64,000 nt of DNA from contig OZ025667.1 of the NCBI GenBank assembly GCA_964019335.1, forward strand, positions 248,001 to 312,000. Direction: 5' to 3'. Positions 23,601-35,052 of this stretch are shown here, in pieces. A program made the position numbers and the translations under genes. Source of the stretch: Diplonema japonicum (Eukaryota > Protista > Euglenozoa: Diplonemea). The notes under the pieces are model-generated. The model saw nothing but the letters and a program-made list of their open reading frames with translations. It was not told the DNA's origin and ran no database searches. Every line of letters begins with the position of its first letter. The stretch's first letter is position 1.

Positions 23601-26429
23601 TGAGGGTGAGGGTGAGGCCGGAGATTTCCAAGAAGGCACAGGAATGGACGAGGGTGAAGGGAAGAATGACGTGTCGCAGGAAATTGAGAACGAGGACCAG
23701 CTGATGTCGGAAAAGGACATGGAAAAGGATGACAAGGAGAAGGAGAAGGATGAGAACAAAGACGACGAGGACGAAGAGGACACAGGAGTGGACGTTAGCA
23801 CCAATTTCGAAGGCCAGCTTGAGGATGCTAAAAATGACGAAGACGAGGATAAGGAAGATGAGGAAAGCTCTGTGTCAAAGGAGGAGGGTGAAGTTAGCGG
23901 GGAGGACCAGGAGGAGACAAAAGGCGAGCAGAATAAAGAAGACGACGAAAACCTGAGGGACGCAGAGCAGGATAACAAGAAGGAGAAGATGGATGACGAC
24001 AACTTCACTGATGAAGAGAACCCCGATGAAGACGAGAATGACTCGCAGGAGGGTGGCTGGGACAACGAAAAGCTTGACGATAAGATGAACGAGGACGACA
24101 AAGGATCTCAGGAAGGGGAGCTGAAGGCGAAGGACAACGCGTTCGACGAAGACGGTGACTCCGAGGAAGGGAACACAGCAGATGGCGACGAGGATGAAGC
24201 GGAGAAGAAAGACGAAGATGACAGCGAGATGGACGAGGACGACGACAAGTCGGAACAGGGCTCGGAGGCAGGCTGCCCAGCCCTGAGGATGCAAAGGAGG
24301 GCTCTGACGAGGACAATGACGGAGGCGGAGGAGGNNNNNNNNNNNNNNNNNNNNNNNNNNNNNNNNNNNNNNNNNNNNNNNNNNNNNNNNNNNNNNNNNN
24401 NNNNNNNNNNNNNNNNNNNNNNNNNNNNNNNNNNNNNNNNNNNNNNNNNNNNNNNNNNNNNNNNNNNNNNNNNNNNNNNNNNNNNNNNNNNNNNNNNNNN
24501 NNNNNNNNNNNNNNNNNNNNNNNNNNNNNNNNNNCGATGAGCAGCGTGGAGCCGATCAGGGCATTGACGACGGGAGGACGGGTGAGGACCAGACAGTCAA
24601 CAGGGATGACGACAAGCAGGCCCAGTCCAAGAAGGGCGAGGAGGAGCAGGCACCCGTAGACCAGATGCAAGACTCCGCCACAGGCGAGACGATGACATCT
24701 GCACAGAAAGGTGCCAGGTCACAGCGCCAGTCGCAGTCCGACAAGAAGGAGAAAAAAGAGACAAAAGACGAAAAAACCGATGGTGGCGAACAGGAGGAGC
24801 GCAAGCCGGAGCAGCAGTCGAAGCGCGAGGAGGCGGCAGACCCTTTCAAGGCCCTCGGGCAGCTGATGGAACAAATGAAGGAGAAGATGATCCGTGCCGA
24901 GGAGACGGGCGCGCAGGACGACGACGCCGATCAAGACATTGACGCCGAGGCTGCCGAGTACGAGATAGCACCGAAGGCGGCGGACATTGAACAGTACGGG
25001 GCAGCACCCGTGAAGGAGGACGAGGACATGGACATGGACCTGGTAGAAGAAGAAGACTTCACAAAAGACAACCCCGAGAAGCCCAAGCCTGATACGGTAG
25101 ACGCAGACGAGGTAGAGGAGGAGAAGGAGAAAGACGACGACCAGGACCGTGAGGAGCAGCCGTCCACTAAGCAGAAGCAGAACACAGGGAAGAAGACAAG
25201 GAAGCCGGGGAAGGTCATCGAAGAGCCCGAAGACGAGCTGATGCCAGAGGTATGCAACACAACAAACACAACAAACCACACGACAGCCTGAAGAGGAAGA
25301 AGAGGAACCTGAACACGTGATCGCAGCAAAAGGCGAGGCACTGTGGAACGAGATAGAGGGCGAGGTGACGCCGTTGGCGCACGAGCTGGCACAGCATCTG
25401 AGACTGCTGTTGGAGCCGACAAAAACCGACAGGCTGAAGGGAGACTACAAGACAGGGAAGCGTCTTAACATGAAAAAGGTAATCAGCTACATCGCAAGCG
25501 GTTACAAGAAGGACCGTATATGGATGCGCCGAACAAAGCCCTCCGCACGTGAGTACCAAATCATCGTTGCTATCGACGACTCGTACTCCATGTCGTGCAA
25601 CAAGGCAGGGTCCTCTGCACTGTCGGCACTGGCAGTACTGACGAAAGCGCTGGCCATCGTGGAGGCTGGTCAGGTGGCAGTGGCTAAGTTCGGGACGGAC
25701 GTGGACTTCATCCAAACATTTGACGACCCGCTCACCATCGACTCCGCATCCAGGACACTGGGGAAGTTCAAGTTCGACCAGAAGGAAACAAACATCAAGG
25801 CGCTGATGGAGTCTGCCCTACAGGTCCTCGACGAGGCAAAGCTGCAACGCGGTCCCGCAAGCAGGCAGACATCCGACCTCCTTCAGCTGATGTTCATCCT
25901 CAGCGACGCCAAGATCCAACGCCAGTACAGAGACGACCTCAAGAAGCTTGTTAACAGGGCTCAGGTATGCCCCTTATGCCTCGTGTATAATTTATTTTGT
26001 ACCACAGGAAAATGGTCAGCTCATTGTGTTCATCATCCTTGACGAGGAGGTGCCTGAGGAGAAGCCCATTGAAGACCCTGTTATCCCCGAGGGACTCACG
26101 CCTGCTGCAGAGCTTCGGTTGAAGTATGTGCACCGTTTTCTCTCTCTTTTTTTAAACCAAACCCTTGCAGGAAGAAGCACAAGAACGCGAGAGCCAAGAA
26201 GCAGTACGACTCGATCCTCTCTATGGTCGATGTTGACTACACCACCAACGGGGAGGTTAGGATGACACCTTTCATGCAGGGGTTCCCTTTCCCTTTCTAT
26301 ACTGTTGTGAACAGGCTGGAGCAGGTTTGTCAATAGATTTGAGGATGGAAAAATTTAATAAACTTACAGCTCCCCACCACTCTCTCTGATGCATTAGCGC
26401 AGTGGTTCGAAGCAGCGCAGAGTTTGTAA
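11608..26429 (+). CDS. MDN1: Midasin/Rea1 AAA+ ATPase (60S biogenesis); introns 25250-25286, 25965-26007, 26124-26170, 26325-26369; spans an assembly gap
   Basis: Six Walker A motifs (GGVGVGKT, GETGVGKT, GPTAAGKT, GETGGGKT, GSPGVGKT, GPSGAGKT), a long linker, a D/E-rich tail and a MIDAS/VWA domain (KRLNMKK, IDDSYSM, FPFPFY, LSDALAQWFE). Stop TAA 26427-26429. Confidence 0.97.
24335..24534. other. Assembly gap (200 N) inside the midasin D/E-rich region
   Basis: Run of N. An apparent frameshift ~60 nt upstream (about 24270) is probably contig-end error. Confidence 0.99.
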
Positions 26430-26964
26430 GACCGTTGATTTTCTGTGTACGATATTTTTTTTTTTTGTCAAAATAAGAGAAAAGAAATGATGGGTACTTT
26501 TTTTTTTTTTTATCAAACCCCTCCTTTTTTTTTTAAAAAGAAAAGTGAAAGAAAAAGAAAGAAAAAACACAGAATTTACGATTTTTTAGTATCATTTATG
26601 TTCATTTGAAGAAAAAAAAGACCACACACACAAAAAAACCCCCTTTTTTTTTTATCAGAAGGGGGAAAAAAAAAAAAAAGAAAAAGTGTACCGCCGCGCT
26701 ACACCTTTTTTTACACGTTGACAAATTTTTTTTTTTGAAAAGGAATCCATCCTTTTTTTTTTTCTCCTTCAGTTCAGGGTTTTATCCCCCCACCCCGCCC
26801 CTCCTTTTGTTGGCCTTCTTTTTTTTTTTTTTTTTTTCCATCACCCGACAGCGCGTTTATATTACCCCCCCACCCCCCAAAGAAATACTGTAAAATATTC
26901 AATATTTCAAAAGGAGAAGAAGAAGAAAAAAAAAACACAAAACCCAACAAAAAAAAAAAGAAAT

Positions 26965-28050
26965 ATGATAGAAGTAATAGAGGAAGGATGGTGGGGGATT
27001 TATGAGTACAAAGAAGAAGGGACATGGGTAGGCTGCTGTTTGGAAAAAGAAGAGGAAGGGTATAAAGTATCGATCAGAGAAGGAAGCAATGTTGTTTCGA
27101 GAGAATACGACGAGGAAAAGATAAGGGACACACTAGGTGGGGTGGAAGCTGCCTCCACACACCTCCGCTTCTTCGACCGTGACAGCGACGAAGTGGCTGT
27201 GATACCCCTGTTTGACCAAGGCGTCACGTACAACATCAACGGCCGGCGAAGGCCCACCTACACAAATGTGCATCTATCAGAAACAGAGCTTCGGTTTTCA
27301 AATGGCGATTTATCTCGGTGCGTCCCCTTATCCTCTAACTATTTACTCATCACATACCCCTTGAGGCGTATTCTAGATGCGTGCAACGTCACCCACAATC
27401 TCGGAAAGGAGCCTCCCTCAGTTGTTGCAAACTGGTCGCTCACCCAAATCCCCACCAAAAAGGGGCTTTACTATTGGAAGGATTTCGTTCGCAAGCAGAT
27501 TAGTATGTCGGGTCCTTCTCAAGATGAGATCGACGAGGAGTTCCGTGTAGGGGTGTTGGGTGAGGTCACGGCAACACCCGCACATGAACGGCTTAAGAAA
27601 CACCTCACCGATAGGAATCTTCAGGAAATCCATGTGGCGGGTGACGGGCATTGCCAGTTCCGATCGATAGCACACCATGTGTATGGGGACGCTGCCGAAT
27701 TTGAAAAAGTACGGCAAGAAGTTTGTAAGCACATGGACGCGAATGAGGACAGCTATGCTGCTTTTTGTGTGACCTCGCACACGGACACCTACGCCTCGTA
27801 CCTCGACAGGATGCGCGGTGTAGACCCTCCTGAGTGGGGTGACGCTGTGACACTCCAGGCAGCTGCGGACCTTTATGCCACTACGTTTAATATAGTGACG
27901 TCGAGCTCCGATGCCCTCACCGTAGTGCACCCCAGCACACCGGAGCCTGCAGCCACCGTTGCGTGGCTTTCTTATCTTGAGCTGTCCTCCAGCATGCACT
28001 ACAACCCTGTCGTGCCGAAGGACGTCGACGGGACACAACCCGCGCCCTGA
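26965..28050 (+). CDS. OTU-family cysteine protease (deubiquitinase) with unknown N-terminal region
   Basis: VAGDGHCQFRSIA catalytic Cys loop, EWGDAVTLQAAA, and C-terminal HYN. Confidence 0.88.
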   Translation: MIEVIEEGWWGIYEYKEEGTWVGCCLEKEEEGYKVSIREGSNVVSREYDEEKIRDTLGGVEAASTHLRFFDRDSDEVAVIPLFDQGVTYNINGRRRPTYTNVHLSETELRFSNGDLSRCVPLSSNYLLITYPLRRILDACNVTHNLGKEPPSVVANWSLTQIPTKKGLYYWKDFVRKQISMSGPSQDEIDEEFRVGVLGEVTATPAHERLKKHLTDRNLQEIHVAGDGHCQFRSIAHHVYGDAAEFEKVRQEVCKHMDANEDSYAAFCVTSHTDTYASYLDRMRGVDPPEWGDAVTLQAAADLYATTFNIVTSSSDALTVVHPSTPEPAATVAWLSYLELSSSMHYNPVVPKDVDGTQPAP

Positions 28051-28236
28051 CCTCGTTTTTTTTTCTTTCTTTCCCCCTTCTCTATCTTTTTTTCTTTTTT
28101 TTATATTCTTATGACGTTTTTTTTTTTTTTTTTTCGCTCAGTTAACATTCTTTTATAATATTTAAAAAAAAAAAAAAGAGTAGCGTTGTTTTTGTTTTCC
28201 TGTTTAATGCAACAGCACCCCCGCACGACAGGAACG

Positions 28237-28887
28237 ATGGACACACCGCCGGCTGTAATAGAATGCAGCCAAACGGAGACACCGGTGATCGACAGCCCGG
28301 TATGTAGAATGAATGAGGCAATCCAGGCACCACAGGAGAGGCGACAATATTCGACGCCAGTAAAGATGTTTGGTAGGAAGAGGGGTGGTGACGTGCTGAG
28401 GATCAAGACTACTGAGGAGGTAGAGGTGATAGAGGAGTTCTCCCCCGTGCGGCAGGACCTTCTTGATGCGTTGGAGAGGAGAGCGCAAACAGCACGCGTG
28501 ATGCCTACTGTCGTATCGCCTGTAAAAAGGCGGAGGGTGGCCACAAAGGAGCGCGCACGTCCCGCAAAAAAGGAAAATACCATTAGCCCATCCAAGCTGC
28601 GGGGCAAGGCGCGCTTGAAGCAGATCATCAACCTCGCAACAAAGGAACATACCTATACCGGGCTCGCTGCCCTCACAGCCCCCGATCCCACCATCGAGAA
28701 GGAACCTCTCAGCATCAACCTCATCACACAGTACTCTGACGACGATACAGATGAGTCACCCATCTCCACCCCCATCCCACCACCTCCCACCAAGGTGGGC
28801 AGTGCTGCTGCTCGTTCACTCCTTCAAAAGATGTCCACTAAGCAACGGCCTGTGGGGAGCGGCCCGCCCCTCCGCAACATAGAGTAG
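28237..28887 (+). CDS. Hypothetical disordered S/T-P-rich basic protein
   Basis: Coding-like ORF between homopolymer-rich spacers, with SP/TP sites and NLS-like KRRR. Confidence 0.6.
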   Translation: MDTPPAVIECSQTETPVIDSPVCRMNEAIQAPQERRQYSTPVKMFGRKRGGDVLRIKTTEEVEVIEEFSPVRQDLLDALERRAQTARVMPTVVSPVKRRRVATKERARPAKKENTISPSKLRGKARLKQIINLATKEHTYTGLAALTAPDPTIEKEPLSINLITQYSDDDTDESPISTPIPPPPTKVGSAAARSLLQKMSTKQRPVGSGPPLRNIE

Positions 28888-29018
28888 CTGTGCATAGTAA
28901 GTAGTTAGTTTGTAGAAGTATTTGTGTTACTAAAAAAAAAAACAGAAACAGCCCGTTGCGACACCTTGTAACCCCTTCAGATTAAGAAAACAAAAAAAAA
29001 AAAAAACAAAAAAAAAAA

Positions 29019-30287
29019 ATGCAGAGGTACAACGGTATTACTGACAACGTGCTGGACCTTGTGGGTGAGACGCCGCTTGTCCGTTTGAACCACCTCCCGA
29101 AGGAGCTTGGGCTTGAGTGCGAGGTGCTTGCCAAGTGTGAGTTCTTCAACCCCGGTACGCCCCCCCTTTTTTTTTTAAATATTTTTATTGTCTCCTAAAA
29201 AAGAAATAACCAAAAACAGGAGGGTCGATCAAGGACAGGATTGGGAGGCAGATGGTCCTCGACGCTGCGGAATCTGGCAAGATCAAGAAGGGCGACACGC
29301 TGGTGGAGCCCACATCAGGGAACACTGGGATCGGGATGTCGTTGGCCTGCGCAGTGGGCGGGTACAAGATGGTGGTCACGATGCCTGAGAAGATGTCGAA
29401 CGAGAAGATCAGTGTGATCAAGTCCCTCGGTGCAGAGGTCATCAGGACACCTAATGACGCAGCTTGGAACGACCCCAGGTCGCACATCAGCATCGCTATG
29501 AAGATGCAGGACGAGGACCCGAACACCCACGTCCTTGACCAGTACAAGAACCCGTCAAACCCTGGCGCGCACTACGACGGCACTGCCGAGGAGATCATCA
29601 GGCAGACAGGCGGCAAGGTGGACATGGTTGTCATGGGTGCAGGAACAGGTGGCACCATCACTGGTGTCGCAAAGAAAATGAAGGAAAAGATCCCTGATGT
29701 GAAGGTTGTGGGTGTTGACCCCAAGGGTTCCATCCTTGCCGAGGGCGGTGGTGAGGTCGGTGACATGTACCACGTGGAGGGCATTGGCTACGACTTCATC
29801 CCTGATGTGTTCGACAGGAGCCTTGTCGACGAATGGGTGAAGTCTGAGGACAAGCTCTCCTTTGAGCTTTCCAGGAAGCTCATTGCCATGGAAGGTCTCC
29901 TTGTCGGAGGGTCTGCTGGTGCTGCTATGGTATTTTTTTTTCTCAAAAGAAGAAATTTTAATTTTTTTTTTGTAACAGAGCGGTGTTCTTTCCGCAGCTA
30001 AGAAGCTCGGAAAGGATCAGAGGTGCGTGGTCGTCTTCTCAGATGGTATTCGTAACTATCTTACTAAGTTCGTTGATGATGATTGGATGAAGGAGAACAA
30101 GCTGATGGAGGGGGAGCCTGAGAGGTTGACATATGACTCTCAGACAAAGAAAATTAGGTATGGAGGGAGAAAATTTAAAACAAGAATAATAAAAAAAAAA
30201 AAGATAATAAAAAAAAAAAAAAAAAAAAAAAAAAGTGAGCTCGAGGCTGAGATCGCTGCTCTTAAGGCGGCCCAGGCCAAGGCGTAA
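29019..30287 (+). CDS. CBS: Cystathionine beta-synthase, catalytic core only (no heme or CBS-pair domains); introns 29155-29219, 29930-29978, 30158-30235
   Basis: TPLVRLN, AKCEFFNPG|GSIKDRIG (PLP lysine), EPTSGNTG, DQYKNPSNPGAHY, GAGTGGTITG, VEGIGYDFIP and RNYLTKF. Confidence 0.92.
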
Positions 30288-31942
30288 AAAAAGAGAGAAA
30301 AAAAAAGGGAAAAAAAAAAGCCGTTATAAAAAAAGATTTAAATACAAAACGAAAAAAAACACCCCCCCAAATAAAAAAAGAATGAGAATAATTGTTATTT
30401 ATGATGATTTTTCTTTCTCTCTTTTTTTTTTTAAAGGTTATCCCCTCCCCCATTTTTTTATTATCGCATTTTTTTCGAAATACAGCAAAACGTTCCCCCC
30501 GTCCCCCGCCCCCTTTTTTTTTGAGTTTTCTAGAGAAAAAGGGGGGTTGCCGGAACCAGTTATATTCTGCAGGTTTTTTAACAGGCACATCCGGTGGCTT
30601 TTTCTTTTGTTTTGAAAAAGAAAAAAAAAAAATACTTTTCTTTCTAAAGTGGGAAGAAAAAAGGATTTCTTTTTATTTTTGTTTTATTTCCTTTCGCATG
30701 AGGAGTGCTAAGTATCACCGCCTCCTTTCATTTTTTTTTTTTTTTCCTTTTTCCCATCGACGCTATCTATTCTTCTTTTCTTGACAGAATTTGAGAAGAG
30801 GACAGGAGAAGGGGGGGGGAAAAAAAGAGAAAAAAAAGAAAAAAAAGAAACAAGACGCAGCGAAGGAGAATAACAAGGAGGAGAAGAGGAAAAAAAAAAA
30901 GAAAGAAAGAAGAAAAAAAGCAATATTGGAATACGAGGATAAGCAGAAAAAAGACAGAACATAGCCCCTGGGGAGTTAGCCCTATTCATCCCTAGGGTTT
31001 TTCCCCTTGTTCTCTTTTTGCTGTTCATGTTGATTTTTTTTTTCTTTTCTTTCCTCTTTATTTATTATTTTTTTTTGCTGCTGTTTTTTTTTTTTCTTTC
31101 TTTTTTTTTTTTGGTGCTTTTCTCTCTAAACCAATTGTTTTAAAGATGGGGAATAAGAAAATAAACAAAGGAAGAAATAAAAAAGAGAAAAGGGAGAGCA
31201 GTTAAGCAGAGGAAAGAAGGAAGTTTCCTTTTGAAGGAAAAAGAAAAAGAAGAAGGGGGGGGGGGGGGGGGGGAACAGTGGGGGGTGGTTGGTGGGTTTT
31301 TTCTTATTTTTTTTTTCAAAAAGAGGCTCTTTTTTTGAAAAAAAAAGAGAAAAATAAAGCGGGGGGTGGCCGGTTACAGAAGCGGACTATGATAGTTCCC
31401 TTCAGGGTGCGCATTGGATTGAGGGGGGTGGCTGGTATTGGTGCTGGTGTGGCCGCTTTTTTTGCATTTTTTCTATTTTTTTTTTCTTTCCTTCTTTCAT
31501 GGCCGTTACTTGGGGGGTGGTTGGTTTTTTGGCGGATCGTGGGGGGTGGCTGGTGGTAGTCCAACTGCTTTTTTTAAAACAAAAAGAATCGAACGAAAAA
31601 AAAAAAGAATGAAGGAAACATATGTTTTTATGAGTCACCATGTGTGGATTTTTTACATTTCTTTTTACAAGATTTTGTTAATTTTATTTTTTATTTCTTC
31701 TCCCTCTCCCCCTATACCCACAGTCTTGCTCTTTTTGTTATTTTGTGGGCCGAACTACAGAGTTCAAAAAACGAAAAAAAGAAAATTTAAATAAAAAAAA
31801 GAAAAACAAAGAAACTTCCTAGTTCAATTTTTCATACTTCCCTTCTTTACCCCTGTTTTCTTTTTGATTTTGTTTTGGTGGAGAGGCGGGAAGCCAAGGA
31901 AAAAAAAAAAAAAAAGAAATCTCATTACTACGTATTTGTTTT

Positions 31943-31985
31943 TGCAGGGCGCCGCCAACACCGGCCTCCTTTAACTCATATATAT
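31943..31985. repeat. Dispersed 43-bp repeat, copy 1
   Basis: TGCAGGGCGCCGCCAACACCGGCCTCCTTTAACTCATATATAT is 42/43 identical to 60928-60970. Confidence 0.85.
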
Positions 31986-32257
31986 TTGTTTTTCTTTTGC
32001 TCCCCACCCTCTCTCCTTTGTTTTTTTCTTTGTTTTTTTTTTCCTTTTTTTACTCCCTCTTCTCTTTTTTCTCCCTTTTTTCTTTTTGCGGTTTTCCGTT
32101 CCCTTTCGCTTCCCTTCCCCTTGTTACGGTTTTTTTACGCTTTTTCTTTTTTCCTTAATAAAAACCTTCCAAGAAAAAAAAAAGAAAGAGAAAAACACGA
32201 AAATATAGGGCAAAACACACACACACACATACATAACAAAAGAAAGACGAAAGAAAA

Positions 32258-33355
32258 ATGCAAAACGGAAAGTACAAAAGAAAGCGGGTCCTCACCGAAG
32301 ATGAGTACGAACAGAAGTTGAAAGGGATCATCACCCGAGATTACTTCCCAGGTCTGTTGGAGCTGCGGAAAGAGGAGAAACTATTAACAGAAGGAGAGCG
32401 TGCACTGGGTGATATCGAGAAAAGAATTCTAGGAGGAGAACCAAATACAGGACTAGAAGAAGAAACGGAAGAACCTGTAGCAGACATCCCCAAGGAGACC
32501 TTAGGAGAGTTCATCACCTCCGCCGTGTCAGAGGAGGACGTCTCCTTCGATATGTTGATGCAAAACGACAAAGAAGAGCATAAAAGAAAATGGGCATGGT
32601 GTTACAAGGGCGACATCAACACCAGCGCTCTCATCAACGGCCCCACGCAGGGCTTGAAGCTTCTTGCCGATGGGTCCCACGCCTCTGCCACATCAGCAAC
32701 CTACACCATCGAAGCCAACCCTTCCGGCACAACAGGCGGACTTCTTATAACAACTGCGAAGTCAGGAGCATCCGGCAAGGTGAGCACCAGCATGGGCCCT
32801 CCAAAGGCGATTAACAAGGCGGGGACTCGTTTTGAAGAACACACCACCTCGAAGAAAAAAAAGTTGAAGAAGAGGCCGCCCATGGAAATGCGGATAGGCG
32901 AGAAACGCGATTTGGTTGCCACTCCAGTTATCGAACCAGGTGACTCGCCCTTCGTGACGTGGGGTGAACTGGACGCAACACCGCTTGTTCTTGATACTGA
33001 TAAGGATGAGGCAGCAGCTGTCACTTCGGGGCTCACCCTTCCTGAAGTGCGGGAACGTGAGATTCAAGGTAACAAGCTCATGGCACAGGCGAAGCGGAAG
33101 AAGGCATCGCGATCCCAGAACACCCCCCTCAAGGATAAGCTTCTAGCCTCGGTGGGGCTCACACCCCGCCCCACTACCTCCTCTTCTGTCCTTGCAGCGC
33201 TGACCCCTTCACGCACTGACATCTTCTCCAAGGGCAACGCGTACAAGGCCACCCCACGACGGCCTAGCACCGCCCGTGCCACGCCAAAGAGCACCCCACG
33301 CAGCACACCCATCCGCAAGAAGTCCTCCATCACAGACGACCTCTTGGAGATTTGA
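32258..33355 (+). CDS. ESS2: ESS2/DGCR14 spliceosomal C-complex factor
   Basis: VLTEDEY..IITRDYFPGL, SEEDVSF and SPFVTWGELDATPL family motifs. Confidence 0.85.
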   Translation: MQNGKYKRKRVLTEDEYEQKLKGIITRDYFPGLLELRKEEKLLTEGERALGDIEKRILGGEPNTGLEEETEEPVADIPKETLGEFITSAVSEEDVSFDMLMQNDKEEHKRKWAWCYKGDINTSALINGPTQGLKLLADGSHASATSATYTIEANPSGTTGGLLITTAKSGASGKVSTSMGPPKAINKAGTRFEEHTTSKKKKLKKRPPMEMRIGEKRDLVATPVIEPGDSPFVTWGELDATPLVLDTDKDEAAAVTSGLTLPEVREREIQGNKLMAQAKRKKASRSQNTPLKDKLLASVGLTPRPTTSSSVLAALTPSRTDIFSKGNAYKATPRRPSTARATPKSTPRSTPIRKKSSITDDLLEI

Positions 33356-33470
33356 GGCTTTCAGCCTTGTCATTTTTTTTTTTTTTTTTTGCCATCGCTT
33401 TTTTTTCTCCTTCTTTTTCTATGTTTTATAAGATTCATTAACTTTATCAATGCAGGTATTCAAGTGAACG

Positions 33471-34313
33471 ATGCCTCATGGTGGACTGAAACAGCTTGCT
33501 AAGGGCTTGCAAGGGAAGCAGAGCAAGAAGAAAGTGAAGGGTATCGGGAAGCCCAAAGGAGCTGCCAAGATGCTGAGATACAGAGACGCACCTGTCGCAA
33601 AGAAGGTCGTCGAGGTAGCGAAGAAGAAGCTGACAAAGAAGCAACGAGTGGATTCAAAAGCACAGCTGTACCCGGAAGACAGGAGGCTGCTGCTGGTTGG
33701 GGAGGGAGACTTCTCCTTTTGCAGGTCGCTGGTGAAGATGAGGGGGAACGGGTACGGCATCGTCGCGACAGCGCTGGACACAGCAGAGCAGTTGAAGAAG
33801 AAGTACAAACACTGTGCTGAGAACATCAGCGAGTCTGAGGAGGCTGGGGCGGTGGTGCTGACGGGCGTAGATGGGACACAGCTGCATAAGAACCCATCAC
33901 TGACAGACACGGAAACAATTATTTTCAACTTTCCACACACAGGATGCGGCATCAAGGATAAGACGAAGAACGTGGCACTACACAAGAAACTGATGCTGGA
34001 CTTCTTCAACTCAGCCAAACAGCTTGTCCCTCGTGAGGGCGAAATACATGTGACGCTCAAAAGAGGCGAGCCCTATGACTCGTGGGGTATAGCAAAGCTC
34101 GCCCGTGATGCACACCTCGTCCGGAAAGCTGTCTACCCCTTCGACCCCGACATGTTCCCTGGCTATGCACACTGCAAGACCGCAGGGACCCCAGGCGAGG
34201 TGGGCGACAACTCTATCATTGCGAAGTACGGTGCGAGAATCTGGGTGTTCGTACACGAGAGGGAGGAAGATGAGGACGGCGACGTGTCGGGATCAGACTC
34301 TGATGAAGAGTAA
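33471..34313 (+). CDS. BMT5: DUF2431/BMT5-like rRNA uridine N3-methyltransferase
   Basis: LLVGEGDFSF, IIFNFPHTG, GEIHVTLK, PYDSW and FPGY motifs. Confidence 0.8.
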   Translation: MPHGGLKQLAKGLQGKQSKKKVKGIGKPKGAAKMLRYRDAPVAKKVVEVAKKKLTKKQRVDSKAQLYPEDRRLLLVGEGDFSFCRSLVKMRGNGYGIVATALDTAEQLKKKYKHCAENISESEEAGAVVLTGVDGTQLHKNPSLTDTETIIFNFPHTGCGIKDKTKNVALHKKLMLDFFNSAKQLVPREGEIHVTLKRGEPYDSWGIAKLARDAHLVRKAVYPFDPDMFPGYAHCKTAGTPGEVGDNSIIAKYGARIWVFVHEREEDEDGDVSGSDSDEE

Positions 34314-34395
34314 AGGAGTCATCATTTCCGTTTGTTATGTTCTTAACTTTGATAACATTGAGCATTCACCTTTTGCAGTTTACATACACATCAAC

Positions 34396-35052
34396 ATGGT
34401 GGTAGACACTACATGTGACCTTCAGAACACCGCGCAGGCTCCGGCTTACGCACACATGCCGCCGAACTCGACATTCCAGCAAGGTCTAGTGATCCGCTCA
34501 GGCGACTACGACAAAGCATGCATCGGGTCATGCATCTGCCCTCTCTGCGGTGTGTGTGGGACGTACATGTGCTGTGCGACGCCAAGCGGGAAGCATGGGA
34601 TGGCACAGGGTGCGAAGATCGGTCTGGCCGTCGCCTCGCTCTTCACCTTCATTGTTGCGATCCTCGTTGTCAGCAAGGCTGTGACGTGCAAGGATGCGAT
34701 GACAGGGACGAACACCGATTATGATGATTGTGTTGACATTTCTGGTGCCGTGTGGAACGCCACGTCTAACGAGTGCAACTTCAATGGGAACTGCCCCAGC
34801 AAGTATTCCTTTCGGAACACCACAAAGGACGGTGTCCTTGGGTGGTGTGAGTCCACTGACCACTGGACCTGTCTCGGGCAGCAGTCCAAGGTCCAGCCGT
34901 GGGTCACCACAGCCATTTACATCATCCTCTCTCTTGTCGCAGCTCACTTTGCGAAGAAGTTTTACGAGGAGAGGGTTGCCGCCAGCAACCAGGGGCCAGC
35001 TGTTGCAGTTTATGGTACACCTGTGCAACCAGCCTACGAGCAACAGGTTTAG
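34396..35052 (+). CDS. Cys-rich membrane protein, tandem family copy 1
   Basis: YDKACIGSCICPLCG..KHGMAQG, a TM helix, a Cys-rich loop with NxT sites, a second TM and a YGTPVQPAY tail. Near-identical core in copies 2 and 5. Confidence 0.8.
   Translation: MVVDTTCDLQNTAQAPAYAHMPPNSTFQQGLVIRSGDYDKACIGSCICPLCGVCGTYMCCATPSGKHGMAQGAKIGLAVASLFTFIVAILVVSKAVTCKDAMTGTNTDYDDCVDISGAVWNATSNECNFNGNCPSKYSFRNTTKDGVLGWCESTDHWTCLGQQSKVQPWVTTAIYIILSLVAAHFAKKFYEERVAASNQGPAVAVYGTPVQPAYEQQV

Noticed and set aside
24268-24334. Apparent frameshift in the midasin acidic tail (programmed frameshift or editing?)
   Set aside because: It lies at a contig end next to the N gap, so assembly error is far more likely.
11626-25715. 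Numerous minus-strand ORFs
   Set aside because: Antisense shadows of GC-rich + strand genes, with no recognisable domains.
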